63,948 nucleotides of DNA, filler included, from Candidatus Woesearchaeota archaeon (GCA_018399355.1; 5 parts of 5 records of this genome joined end to end with filler, not necessarily neighbours in it); one strand, 5' to 3'; shown: positions 39,026 to 49,434, numbered from the whole stretch's first letter. The notes: generated from the sequence alone by a model not told the origin. Numbers and translations: made by a program.

Positions 39026-39790
39026 TCAAGAGGTTTCTGCTGTAATTCCTATAATTTCAGGAGGCCTGTTAACCTTTAAAACATTTATGGTTACATCCTG
39101 GCTTACACTATCAATCCCGTCAGATGCTCTCACTGTTACTGTATGAGTTCCTGCATCCTCATAGGTTGTTGTGTAAGTTGCTTTATCCATCCATCCTGAG
39201 TATGTTATTGTTACTGCATCTCCATCAGGGTCTGTTGCAACAGGACTCAAGCGGACTGTTTCCCCCTCTCTCACTGTTACATTAGGTATTCTCTGCAGAA
39301 CAGGCGGCCTGTTTACTGACTCAACAATAACAAGAACCTTTCTTGAGTCTCTTAGTGTACCGTCGCTTGCTGTAACAGTAATTTCATAAGTTCCTGCATC
39401 TCCCCTTTCAGTCTGCCATTCTCCGTCTGAGTTGAAAGGATCGCTGAAGGTGTATGTTATTTCATCATCCTCATCAGGATCGCGGGCCTGAGGCTTTAGT
39501 GAAACAAGCTCTCCTTCATTGGCTGTTATTTTTGTTATAACTTTTTCATCTGTCTCTTCTTCTTCCTCTTCTTCTTCCTCTTCTACAGGAGTTTCAGGCT
39601 CAACAGGAACTGAAGGCTCTTCTTCTTCCTCTTCTTCTTCCTCTTCTACAGGAGTTTCTTGTCCTTCGCATTCGTCAAGCCTTGTCACAATAGTCCCGTC
39701 AGGACATACATACTTTGTTTCTGTGAGACCGCATCCGCTTGCAAAAACCAAGAGAAGTACTACCCCAACCAAAATTATCTCTTTTTTCAT
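39026..39790 (-). CDS. Lipoprotein with two cadherin-like repeats and poly-Glu linker
   Basis: Lipobox ASGC, KYVCPDG, DPDEDD/DPDGD, NRPP. Confidence 0.85.
   Translation of the reverse strand: MKKEIILVGVVLLLVFASGCGLTETKYVCPDGTIVTRLDECEGQETPVEEEEEEEEEEPSVPVEPETPVEEEEEEEEEETDEKVITKITANEGELVSLKPQARDPDEDDEITYTFSDPFNSDGEWQTERGDAGTYEITVTASDGTLRDSRKVLVIVESVNRPPVLQRIPNVTVREGETVRLSPVATDPDGDAVTITYSGWMDKATYTTTYEDAGTHTVTVRASDGIDSVSQDVTINVLKVNRPPEIIGITAETS
39554..39658. repeat. Exact 42-bp direct repeat (period 63) encoding ETPVE10
   Basis: ctcttcttcttcctcttcttcttcctcttctacaggagtttc at 39554-39595 and 39617-39658. Confidence 0.9.
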
Positions 39791-39870
39791 ATTTAGCACC
39801 TCAAAATTTGTTATTATTATAAAATAGAAAACACATATTTAAACTTTTCGATAGTCAAGAATAGCTTTCT

Positions 39871-40971
39871 TTAAAGAAAATCAAAAACTCCTTTTTTCTT
39901 TTTTGTACCTTTTTCAAACTCTCTCAGAAGCTCTTTTTGCTTTTTTGTAAGGTTAGTGGGTGTTTCAACTATAACTTTTACATTCTCTGAGCCAGTGCCG
40001 TATCCATGAAGATTAGGAATTCCTTTTCCTTTCATTCTGAATATTGTATTGGTTTGTGTTCCTGCAGGTATTTTTAATTTTGCCCTTCCTTTCAGAGTTG
40101 GGACTTCTATCTCATCCCCTAATGCTGCCTGGGCAAAACTTATAGGAACATCAATATGAATATCATTGTTTTTTCTTTGAAACATGTCATGCGGCTTTAC
40201 ATTTATAACAACATAAAGGTCTCCTGGAGAGCCGTTCTTTGCTCCAGCCTCTCCTCCGCCTGCTATTCTTAATTCATTGCCGTCATCTACTCCCTCTGGG
40301 ATTCTTATTTCAATCTTTCTGTCATGATGCACTAAGCCTGTGCCATTGCACTTTGGGCATGGATTTTTTATGATTTTTCCCTCGCCATGGCATTTTGGGC
40401 ATGCTGTTGTTGTGGAAAATATTCCAAAAGGGGTTCTTTTTATGTTTTGAATTCTTCCTCTGCCATTGCACTTATCGCATACAGCGATATCAGAATCTGA
40501 TAAAGCTCCTGTTCCTTTGCATTCCTCACACTTTTCCATTCTTGGAACAACTATATTTTTCTTTGTTCCGAATGCAGCTTCCTCTAAGGTTATTTCCAAC
40601 TCATACCTTAAATCTGCTCCTCTTCTTGGGCCGCGGCTTTGTCTTCCAAATCCTCGGCTGAAAAAAGTGTCAAATATATCCTCAAAATCAAAACCGAAGT
40701 CTGAGAACCCGAAGTCTGAGAAATCAAAACCCTGTGAGCCTCCTCCAAAGCCTTCTGATGTTGAGCCAAAGCGGTCATACTGAGCTCTTTTCTTTTCATC
40801 CCCTAAAACAGATGCTGCCTCGTTAATCTCTTTAAATCTTTCAGCAGCGTCAGGCTCTGTCTTGTTTAAGTCAGGATGATATTTCTTGGCCAGTCTCTTG
40901 TAGGCTTTTTTAATATCCTCTTTAGATGCATTCTCTGACACTCCCAGTATTTTGTAATAGTCTTTTGCCAT
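39871..40971 (-). CDS. dnaJ: Chaperone DnaJ
   Basis: HPD, G/F region, four CxxCxGxG repeats. Confidence 0.98.
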   Translation of the reverse strand: MAKDYYKILGVSENASKEDIKKAYKRLAKKYHPDLNKTEPDAAERFKEINEAASVLGDEKKRAQYDRFGSTSEGFGGGSQGFDFSDFGFSDFGFDFEDIFDTFFSRGFGRQSRGPRRGADLRYELEITLEEAAFGTKKNIVVPRMEKCEECKGTGALSDSDIAVCDKCNGRGRIQNIKRTPFGIFSTTTACPKCHGEGKIIKNPCPKCNGTGLVHHDRKIEIRIPEGVDDGNELRIAGGGEAGAKNGSPGDLYVVINVKPHDMFQRKNNDIHIDVPISFAQAALGDEIEVPTLKGRAKLKIPAGTQTNTIFRMKGKGIPNLHGYGTGSENVKVIVETPTNLTKKQKELLREFEKGTKKKKGVFDFL

Positions 40972-40997
40972 TTGTTATTAATTTAAAAAAGAAAAAA

Positions 40998-42893
40998 TTA
41001 TTTTTTCTTTTCTTCTTTCTCCTCTTTGTACTCTGCGTCAACAACCTTATCGTCCTTTTTTTCCTTGGATTTTTCTGATTCTCCTGTTTGCTGCTGTTGT
41101 TTCTTTGCCTGTTCTTCTGCAACCTTTTTGTACATCTCTGTTGACATCTTCTGCACAATCTCATTTACCTCTTCCATCTTTTTCTTTATGGTTTCGATAT
41201 CTTTCTTTTCTGGCTTTAGAAGCTCTTTTAATTCCATTATCTTGCCTTTAACTGTCTCGAGCTCCTTGCTGTCAACCTTTCCCTCAAATTCCTTAAATGT
41301 CTGTTCTGTGGAATACACAAGACTATCAGCCTGGTTTATTGTTTCAACCTCTTCTTTTCTTTTCTTGTCTTCCTCTGCGTGAGCCTCTGCGTCTTTTCTC
41401 ATCTTCTCCACTTCTTCCTCACTTAATTTTTGGGTTGCTGTAATTTTTATTGACTGCTCTTTTCCTGTGCCTAAGTCTTTTGCAGTTACATGAACAATAC
41501 CATTTGCGTCAATGTCAAATGAAACCTCTATCTGAGGCACTCCTCTAGGAGCAGGAGGTATTCCCACTAAGTCAAATCTTCCAAGGCTTTTGTTGTCTGC
41601 AGCCATTGGTCTTTCACCTTGCAAAACATTTATAGTCACAGCTGGCTGGTTGTCTGCAGCAGTTGAAAAAATCTGAGATTTTTTGGTTGGAATGGTTGTA
41701 TTTCTCTCTATTAATGGAGTTCTCACTCCACCCAAAGTTTCAATTCCCAAGGTTAAAGGAGTTACATCCAAAAGAAGTATGTCTTTTACCTCTCCTGCCA
41801 ATACTCCTGCCTGTATTGCAGCTCCCTGAGCAACACATTCCATAGGATCAACTCCGCGCTCTGCTTTCTTACCTATAAAATCTTCTATGAATTTTCTTAC
41901 AATAGGCATTCTTGTAGGTCCGCCGACAAGTATGATTTTGTCTATGTCTTCCTTAGTTAGCTTTGCATCCTTTACTGCCTGTTCTATTGGGCCTTTGCAT
42001 TTTTTCACTATAGGCTCTACAAGCTCTTCAAGCTTTGACCTTCTTATTTTCATGTTAAAGTGCTTTGGTCCATTGTCGTCAGATGTTATGAAAGGAATGT
42101 TTATGTCTGTTTCAAGTGTTGTTGAAAGCTCTATCTTTGCCTTTTCAGCCGCTTCCCTTAAACGCTGCATGGCTGTTGTATCATTACTTAAGTCAATTCC
42201 CTCTTTTTTATTGAACTCCTGAATTAAATAATCAGTTAAGGCATTGTCCATATCTGTTCCGCCTAAGTTTGTGTCTCCGCTTGTTGACTTGACTTCAAAT
42301 ACTCCGTCGCCAAAGTCCATTATTGTAACATCAAGGGTTCCGCCGCCGAAGTCAAAGACAACTATCTTTAATTCCTTGTCTGCCTTGTCAAGCCCGTAAG
42401 CCAGAGATGCAGCTGTTGGCTCGTTTATTATCCTCACAACATCTAACCCGGCAATAGTTCCTGCGTCTTTTGTTGCCTGTCTTTGGTTGTCATCAAAGTA
42501 GGCAGGGCATGTTATAACTGCCTTGCTTATTGGCTCGCCTATGAATTCTTCTGCATCTTTTTTTATTTTCTGAAGAATATAGGCAGAGATCTGCTGCGGA
42601 GTATACTCTTTTCCGTTTATCTTGTATTTGTAGTTTGTGCCCATCTTTCTTTTTGCAGCACTTATAGTTCTCTCAGGATTTGAGACTGCCTGCCTTCTTG
42701 CCGGTTCTCCCACAAGCATCTGCCCGTCGTCTGCAAACGCTACTATAGATGGAAATGCTTTTCCGTATGCTGTAGTTCCCTCTGAACTAGGAATGATTGT
42801 TGGTTTTCCTGCCTGCAGGAAAGCTGCAGCTGAATTGCTTGTTCCTAAATCAATTCCGATTATCTTCTCCTTTTTAGTTTGTTCTTTAGCCAT
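40998..42893 (-). CDS. dnaK: Chaperone DnaK
   Basis: [34 protein letters not shown]. Confidence 0.98.
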   Translation of the reverse strand: MAKEQTKKEKIIGIDLGTSNSAAAFLQAGKPTIIPSSEGTTAYGKAFPSIVAFADDGQMLVGEPARRQAVSNPERTISAAKRKMGTNYKYKINGKEYTPQQISAYILQKIKKDAEEFIGEPISKAVITCPAYFDDNQRQATKDAGTIAGLDVVRIINEPTAASLAYGLDKADKELKIVVFDFGGGTLDVTIMDFGDGVFEVKSTSGDTNLGGTDMDNALTDYLIQEFNKKEGIDLSNDTTAMQRLREAAEKAKIELSTTLETDINIPFITSDDNGPKHFNMKIRRSKLEELVEPIVKKCKGPIEQAVKDAKLTKEDIDKIILVGGPTRMPIVRKFIEDFIGKKAERGVDPMECVAQGAAIQAGVLAGEVKDILLLDVTPLTLGIETLGGVRTPLIERNTTIPTKKSQIFSTAADNQPAVTINVLQGERPMAADNKSLGRFDLVGIPPAPRGVPQIEVSFDIDANGIVHVTAKDLGTGKEQSIKITATQKLSEEEVEKMRKDAEAHAEEDKKRKEEVETINQADSLVYSTEQTFKEFEGKVDSKELETVKGKIMELKELLKPEKKDIETIKKKMEEVNEIVQKMSTEMYKKVAEEQAKKQQQQTGESEKSKEKKDDKVVDAEYKEEKEEKKK

Positions 42894-42914
42894 TTTAATT
42901 ACCCCCTAAATTTT

Positions 42915-43268
42915 TTATCCAAAATAGTTCTGAGCTTTTGGTATTTCCTGCTCTGTTTTTTTCTTGGATTTTTTTCTTTTTTTCTCGAGTTTTTTCAAAG
43001 AATTCGGCTTGTCTATCTTGCCAAACTCAGACTCGTATTTTTTAACAACCTTGGAAAGTATTCCAAGGAACTGCTTTGCATGATAAGGCTCCATCATAAC
43101 CACATTGTGCTTTAATGCAAGTGTTGCATTTTGCGACCTTGCATCTATCCTTGGGGTTATGCACCTAAAATCAAGTATAAACTGTGTTGGGCTGAAGTTT
43201 ATGGATGACTCATGCGAAAAAAATGAATCTCCGTCTGATATTGTCATATTAATTTTCTTTTCAGGCAT
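42915..43268 (-). CDS. DUF3467-like protein
   Basis: FFSHE..INFSPTQFILDF..V.M.P.HAKQF..YE..FGKI. Confidence 0.75.
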   Translation of the reverse strand: MPEKKINMTISDGDSFFSHESSINFSPTQFILDFRCITPRIDARSQNATLALKHNVVMMEPYHAKQFLGILSKVVKKYESEFGKIDKPNSLKKLEKKRKKSKKKTEQEIPKAQNYFG

Positions 43269-43608
43269 CTTTACCTCCTTCTTCTTGATCTTTTAAAGCT
43301 ATTTTCCTGATTTGCTCTACTCTCTCATCCGTTAGTATTGTTCTTTGTTTTCCCTTTACTCTCTCCAGTGAGCCGATTTCCACAACCTCAAGAAACTTCA
43401 CCAGTCTTCTTTGGTTGAATTTATCATAATCTTTTATTGAGCCGAGGGCTTCATAAAGATCCTGGTCAGTTGTAACTAAATCTATTTCATTGCTCTTGCA
43501 CATAACCATATCATCTATTTTCTTGCTTGTTCCAAGCATAAACCTCATTATACCTCCTGCCCTCAGGTATATTTTCTGTTTTTGCATTCCATTATTTTCT
43601 ATTTTCAT
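43261..43608 (-). CDS. Hypothetical protein in dnaK operon
   Basis: Overlaps both neighbours; weak PIN-like N-terminus. Confidence 0.65.
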   Translation of the reverse strand: MKIENNGMQKQKIYLRAGGIMRFMLGTSKKIDDMVMCKSNEIDLVTTDQDLYEALGSIKDYDKFNQRRLVKFLEVVEIGSLERVKGKQRTILTDERVEQIRKIALKDQEEGGKDA

Positions 43609-44114
43609 TTTAAAACCTCATAACTAAGTATTTTTTTCAGTTTTTCTTCATCCTTGACAAGTTCATTTAAAGACCCTCCTGGTATTGGGTCATTCTGTTT
43701 TAAAAAAATATTCCACTGCCTTATTGATTCCGGATCATCCGGGTTAACAAGGTAGTTAAGCATAAACCACTGGTTGAGTTGTTCTCCATAAATATTGCAA
43801 TTGCCTATTTTACAGTGCAATGGTTTGACCTCATGTACAGTGCAGCCAACCTGGTCGTTGTAAAATATGCATTTTCCGTATGGCTTGCTTCCCTTAAGCT
43901 GTTTTGGCTTCCATACTTTTGTGTTGAATATCTCAACCTGCTCAAGGAATTTTTCCTTTAATTCTTCCACTGTGAGTCTCATGAATCTTGCTATTTTTAT
44001 AATATCATCCTCAACAAGATAACCAGATGAGTATTTGCAGCAGTTGCCGCACATCTTGCAGTCATCGCCCAGTTCAAGAACATCCTTCACAGGAGTCTTT
44101 TTTGATATTATCAT
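43605..44114 (-). CDS. YkgJ family cysteine-cluster protein
   Basis: CKMCGNCC, CIFY..CTVHEVKPLHC; SD GAGGTG before MIISK. Confidence 0.88.
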   Translation of the reverse strand: MIISKKTPVKDVLELGDDCKMCGNCCKYSSGYLVEDDIIKIARFMRLTVEELKEKFLEQVEIFNTKVWKPKQLKGSKPYGKCIFYNDQVGCTVHEVKPLHCKIGNCNIYGEQLNQWFMLNYLVNPDDPESIRQWNIFLKQNDPIPGGSLNELVKDEEKLKKILSYEVLK

Positions 44115-44589
44115 TCTCGCACCTCGTTTTGTTTTTTGCAATCTTTACCTTTGCATGCCTTATTATTCTGTCTTTAAGTATATAACCTTTTTGCAAAACC
44201 TCTAATACTGTGTTTTCCGGCTTTTCGCTTTCCTCACATAACAATACTTCATGTTTTTCAGGGTTGAATTTTTCGTTTATAGGGTTTATCTGCATTAGCC
44301 CTTCTTTTTCAAGTGTTGAGTAAAGCTGCGAGTAGATAAGCTTCATTCCGTCAGAGAGCTTATTTGTTTCTTTTGAGTTTTTAATCGCAATTTCAAATGT
44401 GTCTATTATTGGCAATATTTTTATTATTATATCATCAGATGCGTGTTTTATTGATATTTCTTTTTCTTTGTCTATTCTTTTTTTGTAGTTTTCAAACTCT
44501 GCCTGCATTCTTTGAAGAGTGCATACTAAGTCATTGATTTTTTCATCTTTTTGCTTGATTTCTTCCTCAATATTTTGCTTTTTTTTCAT
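44074..44589 (-). CDS. grpE: Nucleotide exchange factor GrpE
   Basis: AEFENYKKR, LPIIDTFE, FNPEKHE, QKGY..RIIRHAKV. Confidence 0.96.
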   Translation of the reverse strand: MKKKQNIEEEIKQKDEKINDLVCTLQRMQAEFENYKKRIDKEKEISIKHASDDIIIKILPIIDTFEIAIKNSKETNKLSDGMKLIYSQLYSTLEKEGLMQINPINEKFNPEKHEVLLCEESEKPENTVLEVLQKGYILKDRIIRHAKVKIAKNKTRCENDNIKKDSCEGCS

Positions 44590-44710
44590 TTTAAACACCA
44601 TAAAAATTCTTTTTGCTTTGTTGAGGCATTGGTTTTGTTCTGAAAACCCTTCCAAAGGGTTTGTTTATCTCTTCCTGTATGGTTGTTGTTTCATTAAATT
44701 GTTGAACTTT

Positions 44711-44785
44711 GTTGATTTAAAGTCAACCATTTCATATTAAGATAGACACTACTATATAAATCTTTCGGAAAAGGTTTATAAATAG
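44711..44785. promoter_or_regulatory. Bidirectional promoter with near-palindromic candidate operator
   Basis: Back-to-back TATA boxes (tatataaa 44753-60, tttataaa about 44775) and GTTGATTTAAAGTCAAC at 44711-44727. Confidence 0.5.
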
Positions 44786-44804
44786 ATAAAGATAAAGCAA
44801 AGAT

Positions 44805-45206
44805 ATGATATATCAAAGGATTACAATAATAAGGCAGGGAAAGTCCAGTAAAAAAGATATAAACAATGATTTGCAGTGGTTTGGCTCTTCTCTTGGGTTG
44901 TTTAATTTAAGGGATAAGAACAGCTCATGCTTCAGAGTGTTTATAGAGCTTTTGAAAAGCTCGAGAAAGCAAAGACCCTTGTCAAGCGACCAGCTTGCTT
45001 ACATGACAGGGCTCAGTAGAGGCACAGTTATACATCATATAAACAGGCTTATTGAATCAGGAATGGTTGTGAGTGAAAAGAGGGGCTATATTCTTAGGGT
45101 TTCAAATCTTAAAGTTCTTATTGACGAGATAGAGAAGGATATGAAGAGAACTTTTGATGATCTTAAGGAGATGGCAAAACAGATAGATAAAGAGCTTGGG
45201 CTTTAG
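44805..45206 (+). CDS. Winged-helix transcriptional regulator
   Basis: LSSDQLA..TGLSRGTVIHHINRLIESGMV. Confidence 0.85.
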   Translation: MIYQRITIIRQGKSSKKDINNDLQWFGSSLGLFNLRDKNSSCFRVFIELLKSSRKQRPLSSDQLAYMTGLSRGTVIHHINRLIESGMVVSEKRGYILRVSNLKVLIDEIEKDMKRTFDDLKEMAKQIDKELGL

Positions 45207-45320
45207 TGTTTATTGAAAATCTTGCGGAATTTTTTGCGAAGTTCTTATTAAAAACAGTTTTTTATTATTGAATATGAAATATTTTATTGGAAAAGCTTAT
45301 ATATTTGTACGTATTTCTAA

Positions 45321-45334
45321 GTATTTATAAATAC
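45321..45334. promoter_or_regulatory. Perfect 14-bp palindrome, likely TA operator
   Basis: GTATTTATAAATAC directly before the antitoxin SD. Confidence 0.5.
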
Positions 45335-45346
45335 GGAGGTATTAAA

Positions 45347-45583
45347 ATGACTTTAAAACAGATCAGTCTTAGCATGCCTGAAAATTTATTCAAAGCTTCT
45401 AAAGATTACACTAAAGAGTTAGGATATAGAAATTTGCAGGAATTTATTTTAGAGCTTGTTAGAAAGAGAGTAATGATAGATAATATTGAGAGATATGAAA
45501 GGATTGAAAAAGATATGAAAGCTGGAAAGAATGTAAGGAAATTAAAACAAAAGGAAGCCTTGAATTATTTAAATAGCTTGTAA
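45347..45583 (+). CDS. Ribbon-helix-helix antitoxin
   Basis: KQISLSMPENL..GYRNLQEFILELVR; upstream of RelE. Confidence 0.8.
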   Translation: MTLKQISLSMPENLFKASKDYTKELGYRNLQEFILELVRKRVMIDNIERYERIEKDMKAGKNVRKLKQKEALNYLNSL

Positions 45584-45584
45584 G

Positions 45585-45839
45585 ATGGATTATACAATAG
45601 AGTTTAGTTTAGAATTTGAAAAGTCATTTAAGAAACTAAAAAAGAAGGACAAGACATTATTTACAAAAATTCAGAAAAAATTAATAGATATTGTAGAGAA
45701 TCCAGATCATTATAAGCCTCTAAGAAATGTTCTTGCCGGATATAGAAGGATTCAATTTGGACATTTTGTTGTTATCTATAAAATTCAAGGCAATATTGTT
45801 AGAATTATTTCTTTAGATCACCATGATAAGGCTTATTAG
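45585..45839 (+). CDS. relE: RelE/ParE family toxin
   Basis: YTIEFS..F.K..KKL, NP.HYKPLR..L.GYRRI, HHDKAY. Confidence 0.88.
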   Translation: MDYTIEFSLEFEKSFKKLKKKDKTLFTKIQKKLIDIVENPDHYKPLRNVLAGYRRIQFGHFVVIYKIQGNIVRIISLDHHDKAY

Positions 45840-45898
45840 GGTGCTAAAAATAAATTTTGTTTAATACAAGCTGATAAGTGGCTTAAATATTTTGTTAA

Positions 45899-46042
45899 GC
45901 AGTTTTTGAAAAAGTAAGAACAAGAAGGAAGGGGATTAATTATTATGGCAGTAGAATAAGTTATAATGATTGGAAAGAAGTGGAAATCCAGTTTAAGATT
46001 TATATTGAAAAACTAAAAAAAGAAATTAATAAAAAAATCTAA
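45899..46042 (+). pseudogene. Remnant of a HEPN-domain gene (C-terminal part only)
   Basis: Own translation FEKVRTRRKGINYYGSRISYNDWKEVEIQFKIYIEKLKKEINKKI*; in-frame TAA upstream, no start codon. Confidence 0.5.
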
Positions 46043-47550
46043 TAGCTGTGCTTTTTTGTGAAGATAAAGTATCCCAACAATCCAACAAAGAACACTATTA
46101 ATACTGTTATTATTAATTCTGCAATAGGTAGCTTATTTTCTTCTGTTTTGATCTCTTCTTCTTTATTTGATTCTTCTTTTGGTTCTTCTACTTCTTCTTT
46201 AGTCTCTTGCTGTTCATCAATTGTCTCTTCAGAAATAATATCTTCAGCTGGCTCTTGTTGCTGAACAGGCTCTTCTTCTTTTGGCTGTGTTGTTGTAGTT
46301 TTCTGTTCTCCTGTTATTGCAAATGTTGAGAATCCTGGAGATTCTGTGTTGTAATAGTAGTATAATGAATCTTCTCTTAGATAAGTTGTCTTAAGTTCAT
46401 TCCATTTGTTGTTATTGTATCTGTGAAGCTTTATCATGTTCTTTTCAAATCCATACTGTGAAACCCATGATTTTCTTACCTTAAATGTTATAACCGCTTT
46501 GTTAAGATTATTATCTTCTATTCTTGTAGGTGTAAATGAAACATATTGGTAAACTTTTATTTTGTTTGAAGAGAGAGCAGATGCTCCTGAAGGTAATGAT
46601 CCAATTCCTACCTGAATTCTTGGGCTTGAAACACTGTCATTAAAAGTTAACTTGATTTCTGTAACTCCATGTGTGCCTGATCCTGAGAATATTATCTCTT
46701 TTGTTGCTCCTGGTGTTACACTTCCAATAACCTTAGTTTCTGTTGAGAATGAAGATGAACCTCCTCCTCCGGTTGAAGTAGAGGGTTTTGTAATGGTTAG
46801 GGAACTGTTGGTAACACTGTTTCCTGCATTATCATATGCTATAACTGTAATCTGGTTTGAGCCTTCATTTAAAGATACTGAAGACAAAAAATCACCTGTT
46901 GATATGTTTAATGTAGCTGTTGCTCCATTTATTGTTACAGATGATATGCCTGACCCTCCTATGTTATCGTTTGTATTTCCTGATATTGTTGCAGTGCTTT
47001 CAGTTGTATGGTTTCCTACAGAGCTGGAAACATTATTGATTACCGGGCTGGTTGTATCAAGGACAAACCAGTTTGATGCATCCTCATCCATTACATTTCC
47101 AGCTATATCTTTTGCTGCAGTTACATTTATTGTATAGTTGCTCTCTGTTTCATTTGTGAAGTTATACCATCCCATCCATTGTGTTGAACTTTGCCAGCCT
47201 GTTTCTGCTATATTAGTTCCATTAAATTCAACTAAAGGAGTCTGTGTTTCATCCATTGTCTCATTAAAATTTAATGTGAATGTTAAATTTCCTGCCTTTA
47301 TTGGTGTTGAATCATTTAATGTAATTGTTACTGTTGGAGGGATTGTGTCTACTGTAACATTTATCTCCTCGCTGTCATCTGTATTTCCTGCTAAATCTGT
47401 GCAGTTAATGTGTACAGTATAAGTTCCGTCTCCTATTGTATCATTTGCAGTTAATACTGTATTTGTATTGTTTATCACAGATGAGCTTGTATCAACTGCC
47501 TCATCATTGAAATATAATGTGCAGCTTGCATTTGGACTTAAGCTGTCTGT
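46039..47550 (-). CDS. PGF-pre-PGF domain surface glycoprotein with Ig-like repeats (5'-truncated)
   Basis: D.AGN Ig repeats, many N-x-S/T, VYQY..F.V.KSW..ESPGFSTFAITG, C-terminal TM. Confidence 0.88.
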   Translation of the reverse strand, partial: TDSLSPNASCTLYFNDEAVDTSSSVINNTNTVLTANDTIGDGTYTVHINCTDLAGNTDDSEEINVTVDTIPPTVTITLNDSTPIKAGNLTFTLNFNETMDETQTPLVEFNGTNIAETGWQSSTQWMGWYNFTNETESNYTINVTAAKDIAGNVMDEDASNWFVLDTTSPVINNVSSSVGNHTTESTATISGNTNDNIGGSGISSVTINGATATLNISTGDFLSSVSLNEGSNQITVIAYDNAGNSVTNSSLTITKPSTSTGGGGSSSFSTETKVIGSVTPGATKEIIFSGSGTHGVTEIKLTFNDSVSSPRIQVGIGSLPSGASALSSNKIKVYQYVSFTPTRIEDNNLNKAVITFKVRKSWVSQYGFEKNMIKLHRYNNNKWNELKTTYLREDSLYYYYNTESPGFSTFAITGEQKTTTTQPKEEEPVQQQEPAEDIISEETIDEQQETKEEVEEPKEESNKEEEIKTEENKLPIAELIITVLIVFFVGLLGYFIFTKKHSY

Positions 47551-47650
47551 NNNNNNNNNNNNNNNNNNNNNNNNNNNNNNNNNNNNNNNNNNNNTTAATT
47601 AATTAANNNNNNNNNNNNNNNNNNNNNNNNNNNNNNNNNNNNNNNNNNNN
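47551..47650. other. Artificial contig linker
   Basis: N-run + TTAATTAATTAA + N-run. Confidence 0.98.
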
Positions 47651-47771
47651 TCTATTATACCTATCTCCATAGCATTACATTTTTTGATAAAATATTCTTT
47701 ATTAAATATATTTTAGAAATTAACTTTTTTATAACAAAAGTTTTTTAAATAAATACAAAACAACTTCCTCG

Positions 47772-48146
47772 ATGAAAAAAAGTGAGGATTCTAAAAACTT
47801 ATGTAAAGAATGCACTATCTGCTGTGAACATGTTGCAATAGAAATTGACACACCAAGGAGTAAAGAAGATTTCCAACACATAATATGGTATGTTCTGCAT
47901 GAGAATATTCTTGTTTTTAAAGACCATGACAATAAATGGTTTATTGAATTTAAAACAAAATGCGAATCGCTTGATAATAAAGGCTTATGTAAAATATATC
48001 CCTTTAGACCAAAAATATGCAGGGATTATTCTCACAAAGATTGTGAAAGATATGCTCATGGCAAATATTACAAGATAATGCTCAAAAAAAGGAAAGATGT
48101 ATTAAATTATATAAAAAAATACACAGTAATAAAAAATCTCAGTTAG
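47772..48146 (+). CDS. YkgJ family cysteine-cluster protein
   Basis: CKECTICC, C..L....LCKIYPFRPKICRDY. Confidence 0.88.
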   Translation: MKKSEDSKNLCKECTICCEHVAIEIDTPRSKEDFQHIIWYVLHENILVFKDHDNKWFIEFKTKCESLDNKGLCKIYPFRPKICRDYSHKDCERYAHGKYYKIMLKKRKDVLNYIKKYTVIKNLS

Positions 48147-48729
48147 AAAACCTTCTTGCCATATTTTCACTTATTCCTATTATGTTTTCTTTTGCCTGGA
48201 CATGCTTGAAATTTTTCTCAATATCAATATAGACCTCACTTTCAATATATTTTTTTATTATTGGAACTCCCTTTTCTATTAAATTAGTTACATATTCTCT
48301 TGCAACAAATTCTGATATTCCTATTCTTTTTGCTATTGAGTTGTATAAAATAGGTCCTTTTTCTTCAGCTAAAGTGTATATTGCAAGAAAAACTTCTTTT
48401 TCCTTATTTGTAAGAAAAATATTCTTGTATAATAAACTCTTTTGTAATTCTTGTTTGTCATCATCTTCTTCAGTAACATTTTTCATGAAAAATTGTATCT
48501 CTTCTATTTTTTCATTAAGCTTATCTATCTTAGAGTCAAGCCTACACATAAATTCATAATTTGCCTGAATTTCGCCTGTATTCTCGTTTATTGCATTAAG
48601 GTGGTCTTCAAATTCCTCCTTTATTGCATTAAACGCTCTCTTCAAGTTTTTATTTATATTAGAACTGTTTATATTTCTCTTTTTTCTGTTAAATAAGTTA
48701 ATACTAATCCATATCACCCCGCATTTCAA
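48139..48729 (-). CDS. Coiled-coil plus winged-HTH protein
   Basis: DHLNAINENT.EIQ coil; LT.KEKEVF..IA..YVTNLIEKGVPI; start uncertain. Confidence 0.7.
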   Translation of the reverse strand: MKCGVIWISINLFNRKKRNINSSNINKNLKRAFNAIKEEFEDHLNAINENTGEIQANYEFMCRLDSKIDKLNEKIEEIQFFMKNVTEEDDDKQELQKSLLYKNIFLTNKEKEVFLAIYTLAEEKGPILYNSIAKRIGISEFVAREYVTNLIEKGVPIIKKYIESEVYIDIEKNFKHVQAKENIIGISENMARRFSN

Positions 48730-48804
48730 TATATTTTACAGCTTATTTAAAAATTTTTCTAAAAATACAAAATTTTAAAAACAAAATCATCAATTCATTT
48801 AAAA

Positions 48805-49434
48805 ATGGTAATATCAAAGTCACAGCTTGCTATTCTTTTGTCAAAACTAAAAGTATTTGAATCTCCAGAAGTAGCTAAAGAACAGTATCCAACTGATTCA
48901 GAGATAGCGGCAGAGGTTTTATGGAATGCTTATCTTCTTAAAGATATAGACAAAAAGAAGATTGCTGATTTTGGAAGCGGAACTGGAATTTTAGGTATAG
49001 GGGCGCTTGTTTTAGGTGCTGAAAAACTTTTTTTTATTGAGGACCATAAAAATTCAATGAAAATATCAGAAAATAACCTTTCTTTTGCTGAAGAACAGAC
49101 AAAAAAAAATCTTATAAATAAAGCAGTTTTTTTAAATGAAAGAATAGAGAATTTCAAAGAAAATGTTGATGTTGTTATCCAGAATCCACCGTTTGGAACC
49201 AAGAAAAAACATAGTGATAAAATTTTTCTTGAAAAGGCATTTAATAAAGCAAAGGTAATTTACAGCTTTCACAAGCTTGAAACCAAGGTTTTTATCGAAA
49301 AGATATCACAAGATTACGGCTTTGAAATAACTCACAGATGGGACTTTAGCTTTCCGTTGAAGGCATCGCAAAGCTTTCATAAGAGAAAAATACACAGGAT
49401 AAATGTAAGTTGCTTCAGACTTCAGATTAAATAG
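48805..49434 (+). CDS. METTL5-like SAM methyltransferase
   Basis: EQYPT, DFGSGTGILG, NPPFG, FHKRK. Confidence 0.9.
   Translation: MVISKSQLAILLSKLKVFESPEVAKEQYPTDSEIAAEVLWNAYLLKDIDKKKIADFGSGTGILGIGALVLGAEKLFFIEDHKNSMKISENNLSFAEEQTKKNLINKAVFLNERIENFKENVDVVIQNPPFGTKKKHSDKIFLEKAFNKAKVIYSFHKLETKVFIEKISQDYGFEITHRWDFSFPLKASQSFHKRKIHRINVSCFRLQIK

Noticed and set aside
44665..44730. 21-codon uORF in the grpE leader (attenuator-like)
   Set aside because: No informative codon bias; expected by chance in AT-rich DNA
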